Positions 45,965 through 54,725 of a stretch of DNA of 59,446 bases are shown here, piece by piece. Position 1 is the stretch's first letter, and every line of letters starts with the position of its first letter. The notes beneath the pieces were generated by a model. The model saw nothing but the letters and a program-made list of their open reading frames with translations, was not told the DNA's origin and did no database searches. A program made the position numbers and the translations under genes. Origin of the DNA: Rhizobium sp. Q54 (GTDB lineage: Bacteria; Pseudomonadota; Alphaproteobacteria; SMXQ01); contig CAMAVH010000003.1 of the NCBI GenBank assembly GCA_945861615.1, forward strand, positions 1 through 59,446, written 5' to 3'.

Positions 45965-47986
45965 ATGAGCACCCGCTCTTCCGCCGCTCTGCTCGACGGC
46001 GCCATTCTACGCCGCGCCGCCCGCGACTCCTTCGCCAAGCTTGCGCCGAAAAAACTGGCGCGCAATCCGGTGATCTTCGTCACCGCCGTGGTCGCGCTGC
46101 TCACCACGCTGTTGTTCGCGCGCGATCTGCTCGTCGGCGCGCATGCCATATTTACCGGCCAGATCGCCGCTTGGCTGTGGTTCACTGTGCTGTTCGCCAA
46201 TTTCGCCGAAGCCGTCGCCGAAGGGCGCGGCAAGGCGCAGGCCGACAGCCTGCGCCGGGCGCGCAGCGACACGCTGGCCCAGCGCCTGAACGACGACGGC
46301 ACGACTCAGGAGGTTGCCGCGACCGATTTGCGCGCCGGCGATCTCGTGCTGGTCGCGGCGGGCGCGACGATCCCGGCCGACGGCGAGGTGGTCGAAGGCA
46401 TCGCCAGCGTCGATGAGAGCGCCATCACCGGCGAGTCGGCCCCGGTCATTCGCGAATCGGGCGGCGACCGCTCGGCGGTCACGGGCGGCACGCGCGTTCT
46501 CTCGGACTGGATCAAGGTGAAGATCACCGTGTCGCCGGGCGGCGGTTTTTTGGACCGCATGATCGCCCTGGTCGAAGGCGCCGAGCGCAAGAAGACGCCG
46601 AATGAAATCGCGCTGTCCATCTTGCTGGCCGGCATGACGCTGATCTTCCTCGTCGCCACCGCGACCATCGAGAGCTTCGCCGCCTATGCCGGCGGCCTGG
46701 TCTCCGTCGCCGTGCTCGCGGCGCTGCTGGTGACGCTGATCCCGACGACGATCGGCGGACTTTTGTCCGCCATCGGCATCGCCGGCATGGATCGCCTGGT
46801 GCGCTTCAACGTGCTGGCCAAATCGGGCCGCGCCGTCGAAGCGGCCGGCGACGTCGATACGCTGCTACTCGACAAGACCGGGACCATCACGCTCGGCAAC
46901 CGCATGGCGACGGCCCTGATCGTCGCGCCCGGCGTCCCCGAGCGGGAACTATATGAAGCCGCTATGCTCGCCAGCCTCGCCGACGGCACGCCGGAAGGGC
47001 GGAGCATCGTCGCGCTCGTGCAGGGCAAACATTGCGTCACACCGTCCGATGCGAACGGCGAATTCGTGCCCTTCACGGCGCAAAGCCGCATGTCGGGCAT
47101 CGATATCGGACTTCGCAAAATCCGCAAGGGCGCCGTCGATGCCGTGTTGAAATGGACGGGACTCGACCGCGCGCCACAGGCTCTTTCCCAGGAAATCGAG
47201 AAGATCGCCCGCGCCGGCGGCACGCCGCTGGCCGTCGCGGCAGATGGAAAATTGCTCGGCGTCATCCAGCTCAAGGACGTGATCAAGGACGGCATCAAGG
47301 AGCGCTTCGCCGAGCTGCGCCGCATGGGCATCCGCACCGTGATGATCACCGGCGATAACAAGCTGACCGCCGCCGCCATCGCCGCCGAGGCGGGCGTCGA
47401 CGATTTCCTCGCCGAGGCGACGCCGGAGGACAAGCTGGCGCTGATTCGCAGCGAACAGGCCAAGGGCAAGCTGGTCGCCATGTGCGGCGACGGCACCAAC
47501 GACGCGCCGGCGCTGGCCCAGGCCGATGTCGGCGTCGCCATGAACACCGGCACCCAGGCGGCGCGCGAGGCCGGCAACATGGTCGATCTCGACAGCGATC
47601 CGACCAAGCTCATCGAGGTGGTCGGCATCGGCAAGCAATTGCTGATGACGCGTGGCGCGCTGACGACCTTCTCGATCGCCAACGACGTAGCGAAATATTT
47701 CGCCATCATCCCGGCCTTGTTTATCGCCACCTATCCGCAACTCGGCGCGCTCAACGTGATGAATCTGTCGACGCCGCAAAGCGCCATTTTGTCGGCGGTG
47801 ATCTTCAATGCCTTGATCATCGTCGCGCTCATTCCGCTGGCCTTGCGCGGCATCAGCAGCAAGGCGCTCGGCGCCGCGGCGGTGCTGCGCCGCAACCTGT
47901 TGGTCTATGGCCTCGGCGGCCTGATCGTTCCGTTCATTGGCATCAAACTGATCGACCTTGCCGTTGCCGCACTCGGCTTGGCTTAA
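45965..47986 (+). CDS. kdpB: K+-transporting ATPase subunit B (P-type ATPase)
   Basis: DKTGTIT phosphorylation motif, MITGDN and [16 protein letters not shown]. Confidence 0.95.
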   Translation: MSTRSSAALLDGAILRRAARDSFAKLAPKKLARNPVIFVTAVVALLTTLLFARDLLVGAHAIFTGQIAAWLWFTVLFANFAEAVAEGRGKAQADSLRRARSDTLAQRLNDDGTTQEVAATDLRAGDLVLVAAGATIPADGEVVEGIASVDESAITGESAPVIRESGGDRSAVTGGTRVLSDWIKVKITVSPGGGFLDRMIALVEGAERKKTPNEIALSILLAGMTLIFLVATATIESFAAYAGGLVSVAVLAALLVTLIPTTIGGLLSAIGIAGMDRLVRFNVLAKSGRAVEAAGDVDTLLLDKTGTITLGNRMATALIVAPGVPERELYEAAMLASLADGTPEGRSIVALVQGKHCVTPSDANGEFVPFTAQSRMSGIDIGLRKIRKGAVDAVLKWTGLDRAPQALSQEIEKIARAGGTPLAVAADGKLLGVIQLKDVIKDGIKERFAELRRMGIRTVMITGDNKLTAAAIAAEAGVDDFLAEATPEDKLALIRSEQAKGKLVAMCGDGTNDAPALAQADVGVAMNTGTQAAREAGNMVDLDSDPTKLIEVVGIGKQLLMTRGALTTFSIANDVAKYFAIIPALFIATYPQLGALNVMNLSTPQSAILSAVIFNALIIVALIPLALRGISSKALGAAAVLRRNLLVYGLGGLIVPFIGIKLIDLAVAALGLA

Positions 47987-48010
47987 CCCGCTCGGCTTAA
48001 GGAGAGCCCC

Positions 48011-48649
48011 ATGTTCAGCCTTCTGCGTCCCGCCCTCAGCCTGCTCGCGGTTTTCGTCGCCTTGTTTGGGGTGGCCTATCCCTATGCCATCACCGGCATC
48101 GCCCAGGCGGTGCTGCCCGACCAAGCGAACGGCAGCTTGATTGAAAAGAATGGCCAGGTGATCGGCTCGTCGCTGATCGGCCAGTCCTTCGCCGAAGATA
48201 AATATTTCTGGCCGCGCCCCTCGGCGACGATGGGCGCCGACCCGGCCGATCCGGCCAAGAGCGTCTCGGCACCCTATAACGCGACTGCCTCGAGCGGCTC
48301 GAACCTCGGCCCGACCGCGCAGGCCCTGTTCGACCGTCTGAAGGGCGATATCGCGCATTACAAACAGGGCTCGCCCAACAACCAGGGGTCCGTGCCGACC
48401 GAACTGGCGACCGCGTCGGCCAGCGGCCTCGATCCGCATATTTCGCCCAAGGCGGCGGTTTATCAGGCGGCGCGGGTCGCGGCCGCGCGCGGCCTGCCGG
48501 AAAATTCCGTCCGCACCCTGATCGATCGCCAAACCGAGGGCGGATTCCTCGGTCTCGTCGGCGAGCCCCGGGTCAACGTGCTTGTGCTAAACTTGGCGCT
48601 TGATGCGATGTCGCCCGCAACGCCAAGCCCGAATGACAGACCCCGCTGA
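48011..48649 (+). CDS. kdpC: K+-transporting ATPase subunit C
   Basis: MFSLLRPALSLLAVFVALFGVAYPYAITGIAQ...SGSNLGPT...ASGLDPHISP. Confidence 0.9.
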   Translation: MFSLLRPALSLLAVFVALFGVAYPYAITGIAQAVLPDQANGSLIEKNGQVIGSSLIGQSFAEDKYFWPRPSATMGADPADPAKSVSAPYNATASSGSNLGPTAQALFDRLKGDIAHYKQGSPNNQGSVPTELATASASGLDPHISPKAAVYQAARVAAARGLPENSVRTLIDRQTEGGFLGLVGEPRVNVLVLNLALDAMSPATPSPNDRPR

Positions 48650-51359
48650 TCAAGCTGATCTTCGTCCCTCGCCAGATGCCCTGCTCGCTGCCGCCGAGCG
48701 GGAGGGGCGCGGCCGTCTCAAGATCTTCCTCGGCGCCGCGCCGGGCGTCGGCAAGACCTACGCCATGCTGGAGGCCGCCCACCGTCTGAAGAAAGAGGGC
48801 GTCGATGTCGTCATCGGCGTGATCGAAACGCACGGCCGCAGCGAGACCGAGGCGCTGGTCGCCGGCCTCGAGCTGCTGGCGCGCCGGGCTCAGGATTATC
48901 GCGGTCAACGGCTTTCCGAATTCGATCTCGACGCCGCCTTGGCGCGGAAGCCGCGCCTGATCCTGATCGACGAGCTGGCGCATAGTAACCTGCCCGGCGC
49001 CCGGCATCCGAAACGCTATCAGGACGTCGAAGAGCTGCTCGGCGCCGGCATCGACGTCTACTCGACGCTCAACGTCCAGCATCTTGAAAGCCTCAACGAT
49101 CTCGTCGCCAAGATCACCCGGGTGCGCGTGCGCGAGACGCTGCCCGACGAGATTCTCGAGCGCGCCGACGAGATTGAACTGGTCGATCTCACGCCGCAGG
49201 ACCTGCTCAAGCGCCTGGCCGAGGGAAAGGTCTATGTCGAGGGCCAGGCGCAGCGCGCGGTGGCGCATTTCTTTCAGCCCGGCAATATCACGGCCTTGCG
49301 CGAGTTGGCGCTGCGCCGCGTCGCCGAGCGGGTCGACGAGCAGATGCTCGATTACATGCGCCAGCACGCCATCGTCAGCCCGTGGGCGGCCGGCGAACGA
49401 CTGCTCGCTTGCATCGGCCCGGATGCCGATGCGGTCGCCGTGGTGCGGGCGACGCGCCGGCTGGCCGATCAGCTGCATGCGCCCTGGACGGCGGTCTATG
49501 TCGAGATGCCGGGCCATTTCCGCCTGAGCCAGTCGGCGCGCGACCGGATCGCCGAAGCGGTGCGGCTCGCCGAACAGCTCGGTGGCGAAGCGGTGACGCT
49601 GCCGGCGCGCGATCTCGTCGAGGACCTGATGCGCTATGCGCGCGACCGGCATATCACGCAGATCGTGCTCGGCCGGCGGCGCACCAGCTGGCTGCGCCGC
49701 CTGCTCGGCCGGTCCCTGGCCGAGGCGCTGATGCGCCAAAGCGGCGACATCGCCGTGCATCTCGTGCCGCTCGGCGACAGCGCGCGCAAATGGTCGCCGC
49801 AGTTTTCCTTGCCCGATCTCAGCTGGGCGGCCTACGCCTGGACAGCGGGCTATGTCGCCGCCGCCGTGCTCCTCGGGCGGCTGACCGGTCTGCTCATCAC
49901 CTTGCCGTCGCCGGCGCCGTTTTTTCTCATCGCCGTGGTGCTCGCCGCCGTGCGTCACGGCCTGCTGCCGTCGATCCTCGCCTCGGTGCTGTCCTTCGCT
50001 GCCTATAACTTCTTCTTCGTCGTGCCGCTCTATACGTTCACGGTGGCGGAAGGCCATGAGATCATCTCGCTGGGCCTGTTCCTGGTGGCGGCGATTCTCG
50101 TGTCCGGCATCGCTGCGCGGGCGCGCGATCAGGCGGAAGATGCGCGCCGGCGCATGAAAATCCAGGGCGCGCTTTATGACTTCAGCCGCAAACTGGCGAC
50201 CACGCTGGGCATCGACGATCTGCTGTGGGCTTGCTGCTATCAGGTCGCCACGTCGGTGCAGGGCCAAGCCATCGTGCTGCTGCCGGAAAAGGGCGGCGAC
50301 CATGACGAATTGCGTAACGCCAATCTGTATATTGCGGGGGCTTATCCGCCCGAGGACGATCTCGAGCCGGCCGATTGGACGGCGGCGCGCTGGACCTTCG
50401 CCCACGGCGAAGCGGCCGGACATGGCTCTTCGACGCTGCCGACGCGGATCTGGCGCTTCGAGCCGATGAAGACCTCGCGCGGCCTCGTCGGCGTCGTCGG
50501 TTTTCGCGGCCCCCAAGGCCCTGTGCAGCTCGACCCCTCGGCGGCGCGCGTCATCGCGGCGCTGATCGATCAGTCGGCGGTCGCCCTCGAACGGAGTCTG
50601 TTCGAAGGCGAGATCGCCGAAGCGCGGGTTCTGGCGGCCAGCGAAAAGCTGCGCCATGCGCTGTTGTCTTCGATCAGCCACGACCTGCGCACGCCGCTCG
50701 CCACCATCATCGGCGCGATCTCCAGCCTCAAGCTGGAAGGGCAGGCCCTTGATGCCGGCGCGCGCCGCGATCTGATCGATATGGCCGAAGAGGAGGCGTT
50801 GCGTCTTAACCGCTTCGTCGGCAATCTCTTGGACATGACGCGTCTGGAGGCCGGCATGCTGGCGCCCAAGCGCGACTGGGTCGCCGTCAACGATCTTCTG
50901 TCGAGCGCCGCCGCGCGGGCGAAGCGCACGCTCGGCGCGCGGCGTTTGACGATCGATGCCGCGCCCGACCTGCCGCTGCTGCGGGTCGATTTCGTGCTGA
51001 TGGAACAGGTACTGTTCAACTTGCTCGACAATGCTGCGAAATATTCACCTGAAACGTCCGAGGTGCAGTTGTCGGCACGGCGCGGCGACGGGGTGCTGAT
51101 CCTCGAGGTGATGGACCATGGCCGCGGTATTCCAACGATGGATCTGACGCGCGTGTTCGACAAATTTCATCGTATCGAGGCGGGCGACCGCCAGATCGCC
51201 GGCACCGGCCTCGGCCTCGCCGTTTGCAAGGGCATCGTCGAGGCCCATGGCGGGACGATCCGCGCGCGCAGTCCCGGCCCGTCGGGCGCCGGCACGACGA
51301 TCGAGATCGCTCTGCCGATCGAAGCGCCGCCGCCGCCCCATCTGGAACGCGGGCCATGA
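48633..51359 (+). CDS. kdpD: Sensor histidine kinase KdpD
   Basis: N-terminal KdpD domain GRLKIFLGAAPGVGKTYAML, Usp-like region and four TM helices. H-box SISHDLRTPLATIIGA and a HATPase domain. The ATG at 48633 overlaps the kdpC 3' end. Confidence 0.9.
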   Translation: MTDPADQADLRPSPDALLAAAEREGRGRLKIFLGAAPGVGKTYAMLEAAHRLKKEGVDVVIGVIETHGRSETEALVAGLELLARRAQDYRGQRLSEFDLDAALARKPRLILIDELAHSNLPGARHPKRYQDVEELLGAGIDVYSTLNVQHLESLNDLVAKITRVRVRETLPDEILERADEIELVDLTPQDLLKRLAEGKVYVEGQAQRAVAHFFQPGNITALRELALRRVAERVDEQMLDYMRQHAIVSPWAAGERLLACIGPDADAVAVVRATRRLADQLHAPWTAVYVEMPGHFRLSQSARDRIAEAVRLAEQLGGEAVTLPARDLVEDLMRYARDRHITQIVLGRRRTSWLRRLLGRSLAEALMRQSGDIAVHLVPLGDSARKWSPQFSLPDLSWAAYAWTAGYVAAAVLLGRLTGLLITLPSPAPFFLIAVVLAAVRHGLLPSILASVLSFAAYNFFFVVPLYTFTVAEGHEIISLGLFLVAAILVSGIAARARDQAEDARRRMKIQGALYDFSRKLATTLGIDDLLWACCYQVATSVQGQAIVLLPEKGGDHDELRNANLYIAGAYPPEDDLEPADWTAARWTFAHGEAAGHGSSTLPTRIWRFEPMKTSRGLVGVVGFRGPQGPVQLDPSAARVIAALIDQSAVALERSLFEGEIAEARVLAASEKLRHALLSSISHDLRTPLATIIGAISSLKLEGQALDAGARRDLIDMAEEEALRLNRFVGNLLDMTRLEAGMLAPKRDWVAVNDLLSSAAARAKRTLGARRLTIDAAPDLPLLRVDFVLMEQVLFNLLDNAAKYSPETSEVQLSARRGDGVLILEVMDHGRGIPTMDLTRVFDKFHRIEAGDRQIAGTGLGLAVCKGIVEAHGGTIRARSPGPSGAGTTIEIALPIEAPPPPHLERGP

Positions 51360-52057
51360 CGGGCGATAAAGGCCCGATCCGCGTTCTCGTCGTCGATGAC
51401 GAACCGCAAATTCGCCGATTCCTGCGCCCCAGCCTGGCGGCGCAGGGCTACGAGATGATCGAGGCTGCCTCCGGCACGGAAGCGCTGGCGCGCGCCAGCG
51501 ACAGGGCGCCGCAAGTGATCCTGCTTGATCTCGGCCTGCCGGACATGGATGGCGTTTCGGTGATCCGCGCTTTGCGCGAGTGGACGGAAACGCCGATCGT
51601 CGTGCTCAGCGTGCGCAGCCGGGAAACCGACAAGATCGCCGCGCTCGACGCCGGCGCCGACGACTATGTCGAGAAACCCTTCGCCATGGGCGAGCTGCTG
51701 GCGCGCCTGCGCGCCGCCCTGCGCCATCGTCTGCGCCAGGGCGGCGAGGCGCCGGTTTTTCACAGTGGCGATCTTGCCGTCGATCTGGTGCGCCGCGAGG
51801 TGAACAAGGCGGGCCAGTCGGTGAAATTGTCGCCCAAAGAATATGATCTGTTGCGGCTTCTCGTGCAGCATGCCGGCAAGGTGGTGACGCAGCGCCAATT
51901 GCTCGAACAGGTCTGGGGGCCGGCCCATGTCGAGGACACGCAATATCTGCGCGTCTATATCGGCCAGCTGCGCCAGAAACTAGGCGACGACGCCACCCAT
52001 CCGGCCTTGATCCTGACCGAGCCTGGCGTCGGCTATCGGTTGGTCTCAGAGGCGTGA
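51356..52057 (+). CDS. kdpE: OmpR-family response regulator KdpE
   Basis: ATGA overlap with the kdpD stop. The protein begins IRVLVVDDEPQIRRFL...ILLDLGLPDMDG and has a winged-helix C-terminus ...PGVGYRL. Confidence 0.9.
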   Translation: MTGDKGPIRVLVVDDEPQIRRFLRPSLAAQGYEMIEAASGTEALARASDRAPQVILLDLGLPDMDGVSVIRALREWTETPIVVLSVRSRETDKIAALDAGADDYVEKPFAMGELLARLRAALRHRLRQGGEAPVFHSGDLAVDLVRREVNKAGQSVKLSPKEYDLLRLLVQHAGKVVTQRQLLEQVWGPAHVEDTQYLRVYIGQLRQKLGDDATHPALILTEPGVGYRLVSEA

Positions 52058-52123
52058 AGGCTTCCCATCGCCGCTGTTTTTCCGCTACCTTGGCCCGATA
52101 AGAAAAATCGGGAAGGCAGTGCG

Positions 52124-53686
52124 ATGAGCAGCGAAAAGCGTAGCATCTTGGAAGGTTTCGGCGGCGGCATCGGCGGCGGCGATGAGAGCGTCTCGGCCGG
52201 TTTCACCGCGGCGCGCCGGCATATTTCGGATGAAGAAACCCTAACGCTGACCAGCGTTGGCGTCGATATCGGTTCCTCCACGTCGCATCTGGTCTTCTCG
52301 CGGCTGGAGCTGGAACATCAGGGCAGCCGATATGTCATCACCAAGCGCGAGGTGCTGGCCGAATCGGAAATTCTGCTGACGCCCTATATCGACGAGACGA
52401 CGATCGATTCCGACGCGCTCGGCCGTTTCATCGATGCGCAATATGACAAGGCGGGGCTGACGCGCGAGGACGTCGACACCGGCGCCTTGATCCTCACCGG
52501 CGTCGCCGTGCGCCGGCAGAACGCCCGCGCCATCGCCGATCTGTTCGCGCGCGAAGCCGGCCGCTTCGTCGCCGTCAGCGCCGGCGACGCGCTCGAGACC
52601 ACCATGGCCGCCCACGGTTCGGGCGCGGCGGGACGTTCCGACGAAGGCCGCGGCACAGTGATGAACATCGACATCGGCGGCGGCACCAGCAAGGTCGCGA
52701 TCTGCGACAACGGCAAGGTCAAGGAGGTCACCGCCATCGATGTCGGCGCGCGCCTTCTCGCCATGGACGGCGACAACAAGGTGACGCGCATCGAGGAGGC
52801 GGGCCGCTATTACGCCAAGCTCGAAGGCATCGACCTGAAGCTCGGCCGCCAGATGACCGATAAGGAGCTCGACGCCATCGTCGGCCGCATGGCCGATCAG
52901 TTGTTCGATCTCGTGCAGCTCAAGCAGCTGCCCGCCGAGAAAAAGCATCTTTTGCGCCTGCCCGAGCTGACCTACCAGGGCAAGATCGACATCGTCACCT
53001 TCTCGGGCGGCGTGTCGGAGTTCATCTATGCGCGCGAGCCGCGCAACTTCGGCGATCTCGGTCCGCGCGTGGCCAAAGCCATCCGCCAGCGCATCGAGAC
53101 GCTGAACATTCCCGTCGAGGTGCCGACCAACGGCATCCGCGCCACCGTGATCGGCGCGTCGCAATACACCATCCAGGTCAGCGGCAGCACCATCTTCATC
53201 GCGCCGGGCCATGCGGTGCCGGTGCGCAACCTGCCGGTGATCGTGCCCGATTTCGATCTGTCGGCCGATGTGCTCGATCCGCCGGCCGTCGCCGCCGGCG
53301 TGAAGAAAGCGCTGGTGCGCCTCGGCCTCGAAGAGTCGGAAACGCCGGTCGCCGTCGCCTTCCATTGGAAGGGTTCGGCGAGCTTCGCCCGGCTCGACGG
53401 CTTCTGCAAAGGCGTGGCGTTGGCGCTCAAGGCGATCACCGAGCCTAAAAATGGGCAGGGGGGTCATCCCATCGTCATGGTCAACGATGGCGACATCGGC
53501 GGCCTCTTGGGCCTGCATCTGAAAGAAGAGATGAAGATCGCCGCGCCGGTCGTCTCGATCGATGGCATCACGCTCGAGGAATTCGACTATATCGACATCG
53601 GCGCGCTCATTCCGTCGTCTGGCGCCGTGCCGGTCGTCATCAAGTCGCTGGTCTTCCCCGCCGAGCAGAAAAAGAAAAGCGGCTGA
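52124..53686 (+). CDS. eutA: EutA-family (ethanolamine ammonia-lyase reactivase-like) ASKHA ATPase
   Basis: Close collinear resemblance to E. coli EutA: SVGVDIGSSTSHLVFSRLELE, VMNIDIGGGTSKVAI, and C-terminal DYIDIGALIPSSGAVPVVIKSLVFPA (E. coli DYIDIGTPLFGGSVVPVTVKSLAFPS). Confidence 0.85.
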   Translation: MSSEKRSILEGFGGGIGGGDESVSAGFTAARRHISDEETLTLTSVGVDIGSSTSHLVFSRLELEHQGSRYVITKREVLAESEILLTPYIDETTIDSDALGRFIDAQYDKAGLTREDVDTGALILTGVAVRRQNARAIADLFAREAGRFVAVSAGDALETTMAAHGSGAAGRSDEGRGTVMNIDIGGGTSKVAICDNGKVKEVTAIDVGARLLAMDGDNKVTRIEEAGRYYAKLEGIDLKLGRQMTDKELDAIVGRMADQLFDLVQLKQLPAEKKHLLRLPELTYQGKIDIVTFSGGVSEFIYAREPRNFGDLGPRVAKAIRQRIETLNIPVEVPTNGIRATVIGASQYTIQVSGSTIFIAPGHAVPVRNLPVIVPDFDLSADVLDPPAVAAGVKKALVRLGLEESETPVAVAFHWKGSASFARLDGFCKGVALALKAITEPKNGQGGHPIVMVNDGDIGGLLGLHLKEEMKIAAPVVSIDGITLEEFDYIDIGALIPSSGAVPVVIKSLVFPAEQKKKSG

Positions 53687-53704
53687 GGTCGCCCTCAGCC
53701 GCTT
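53677..53704. terminator. Strong hairpin between convergent eutA and the methyltransferase gene
   Basis: 12-bp perfect stem aagcggctgagg / cctcagccgctt with loop tcgc. It overlaps the eutA stop, and an A-run lies upstream. Confidence 0.6.
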
Positions 53705-53725
53705 GATCTTGCCGGTCGCCGAAGG

Positions 53726-54511
53726 CTATCCCTTCGTCGCCGACCAGTCCTTGCCGGTGATGCTGCCGCCGGACACTTTCCCCATCATGACACGGCGGTT
53801 GCCGCCGTCGACCAGCTCGAAGGTGAAGTTCTCGCCGGCGAGCCGGCCGTTCTCGACCTTGAGCGTCTTGCCGCCCATGGTCGCTGTGCCGCTGACTTCC
53901 TGGAATTTCTGCGTCAGGTCGAACTTGTAGCTGTCGGCGCCGACCTTGGCGGTCCAAGCGCCTTCGACCTTGGCGGGCACCAGCCAGAAATAGACTTGGT
54001 CGGTGCCGAGATCCTTGAACTGGTCGGGTTTCCAGTCGCCCATGTCGAAGTCATGGCTGACGATGCGGGTGCCCGGCTTCATCTCGTTGAGGATCGTCGG
54101 GCGCAGGCGCAGGTTGACGCTCGGCAGCAGATACATGGTCAGCACGGTGGCATCTGAGAACTTGGTCTGGAACAGATCCTGCTGGAAGAACTTCACCTTG
54201 TCGGTGACGCCGGCGGCCTTGGCGTTCTCGTGGCTTTCCTTGATGCGCTGCGGATTGATGTCGACGCCCATGGCGGTGGCGCCGAGCTTGGCGGCGCTGA
54301 CCACGATGCGGCCGTCGCCCGAGCCGAGATCGATCACATAGTCCTTCGCCGTGACGTTGGCGATCTTCAGCATTTCGTCGACGGTGGTCTGCGACGTCGG
54401 CACATAGGGCACGTCGAGGCGGACTTCTTGCGCGAAGCTGGGGGTGGCGGCGGCGAGCAGGCTGGCGGCAAACATGCCGGTCAGCATGCGGTGGCGGGCG
54501 AAGCGGGTCAT
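53726..54511 (-). CDS. Class I SAM-dependent methyltransferase domain preceded by a Sec-type signal peptide
   Basis: MTRFARHRMLTGMFAASLLAAATPSFA|QE, then motif I VIDLGSGDGRIV, VDINPQ and a beta-rich C-terminal ~80 aa. Confidence 0.8.
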   Translation of the reverse strand: MTRFARHRMLTGMFAASLLAAATPSFAQEVRLDVPYVPTSQTTVDEMLKIANVTAKDYVIDLGSGDGRIVVSAAKLGATAMGVDINPQRIKESHENAKAAGVTDKVKFFQQDLFQTKFSDATVLTMYLLPSVNLRLRPTILNEMKPGTRIVSHDFDMGDWKPDQFKDLGTDQVYFWLVPAKVEGAWTAKVGADSYKFDLTQKFQEVSGTATMGGKTLKVENGRLAGENFTFELVDGGNRRVMMGKVSGGSITGKDWSATKG

Positions 54512-54725
54512 CGGTTCTCCTCCATCAGGCGGGACATATGGGTGGGGGCGGACTGAGGTGGCGGACGGCCGCGCGTCGCGAGGATGGCGGACCGAAGATC
54601 GGCTGCCAGATTACGCCGATTTTTTAGAGTGTGGCCGACTATGAGGAAATTCTGCCAAGGGCCCGCCAGCGGCGCAAGGCGACGCGGGACCGCCGGCATC
54701 ACGAATCGGTGAAGCTGCTCGAGAG

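Noticed and set aside
48573-50681. 702-aa minus-strand ORF antisense to kdpD
   Set aside because: kdpD is unambiguous on the plus strand and is part of a start/stop-overlapping kdp operon.
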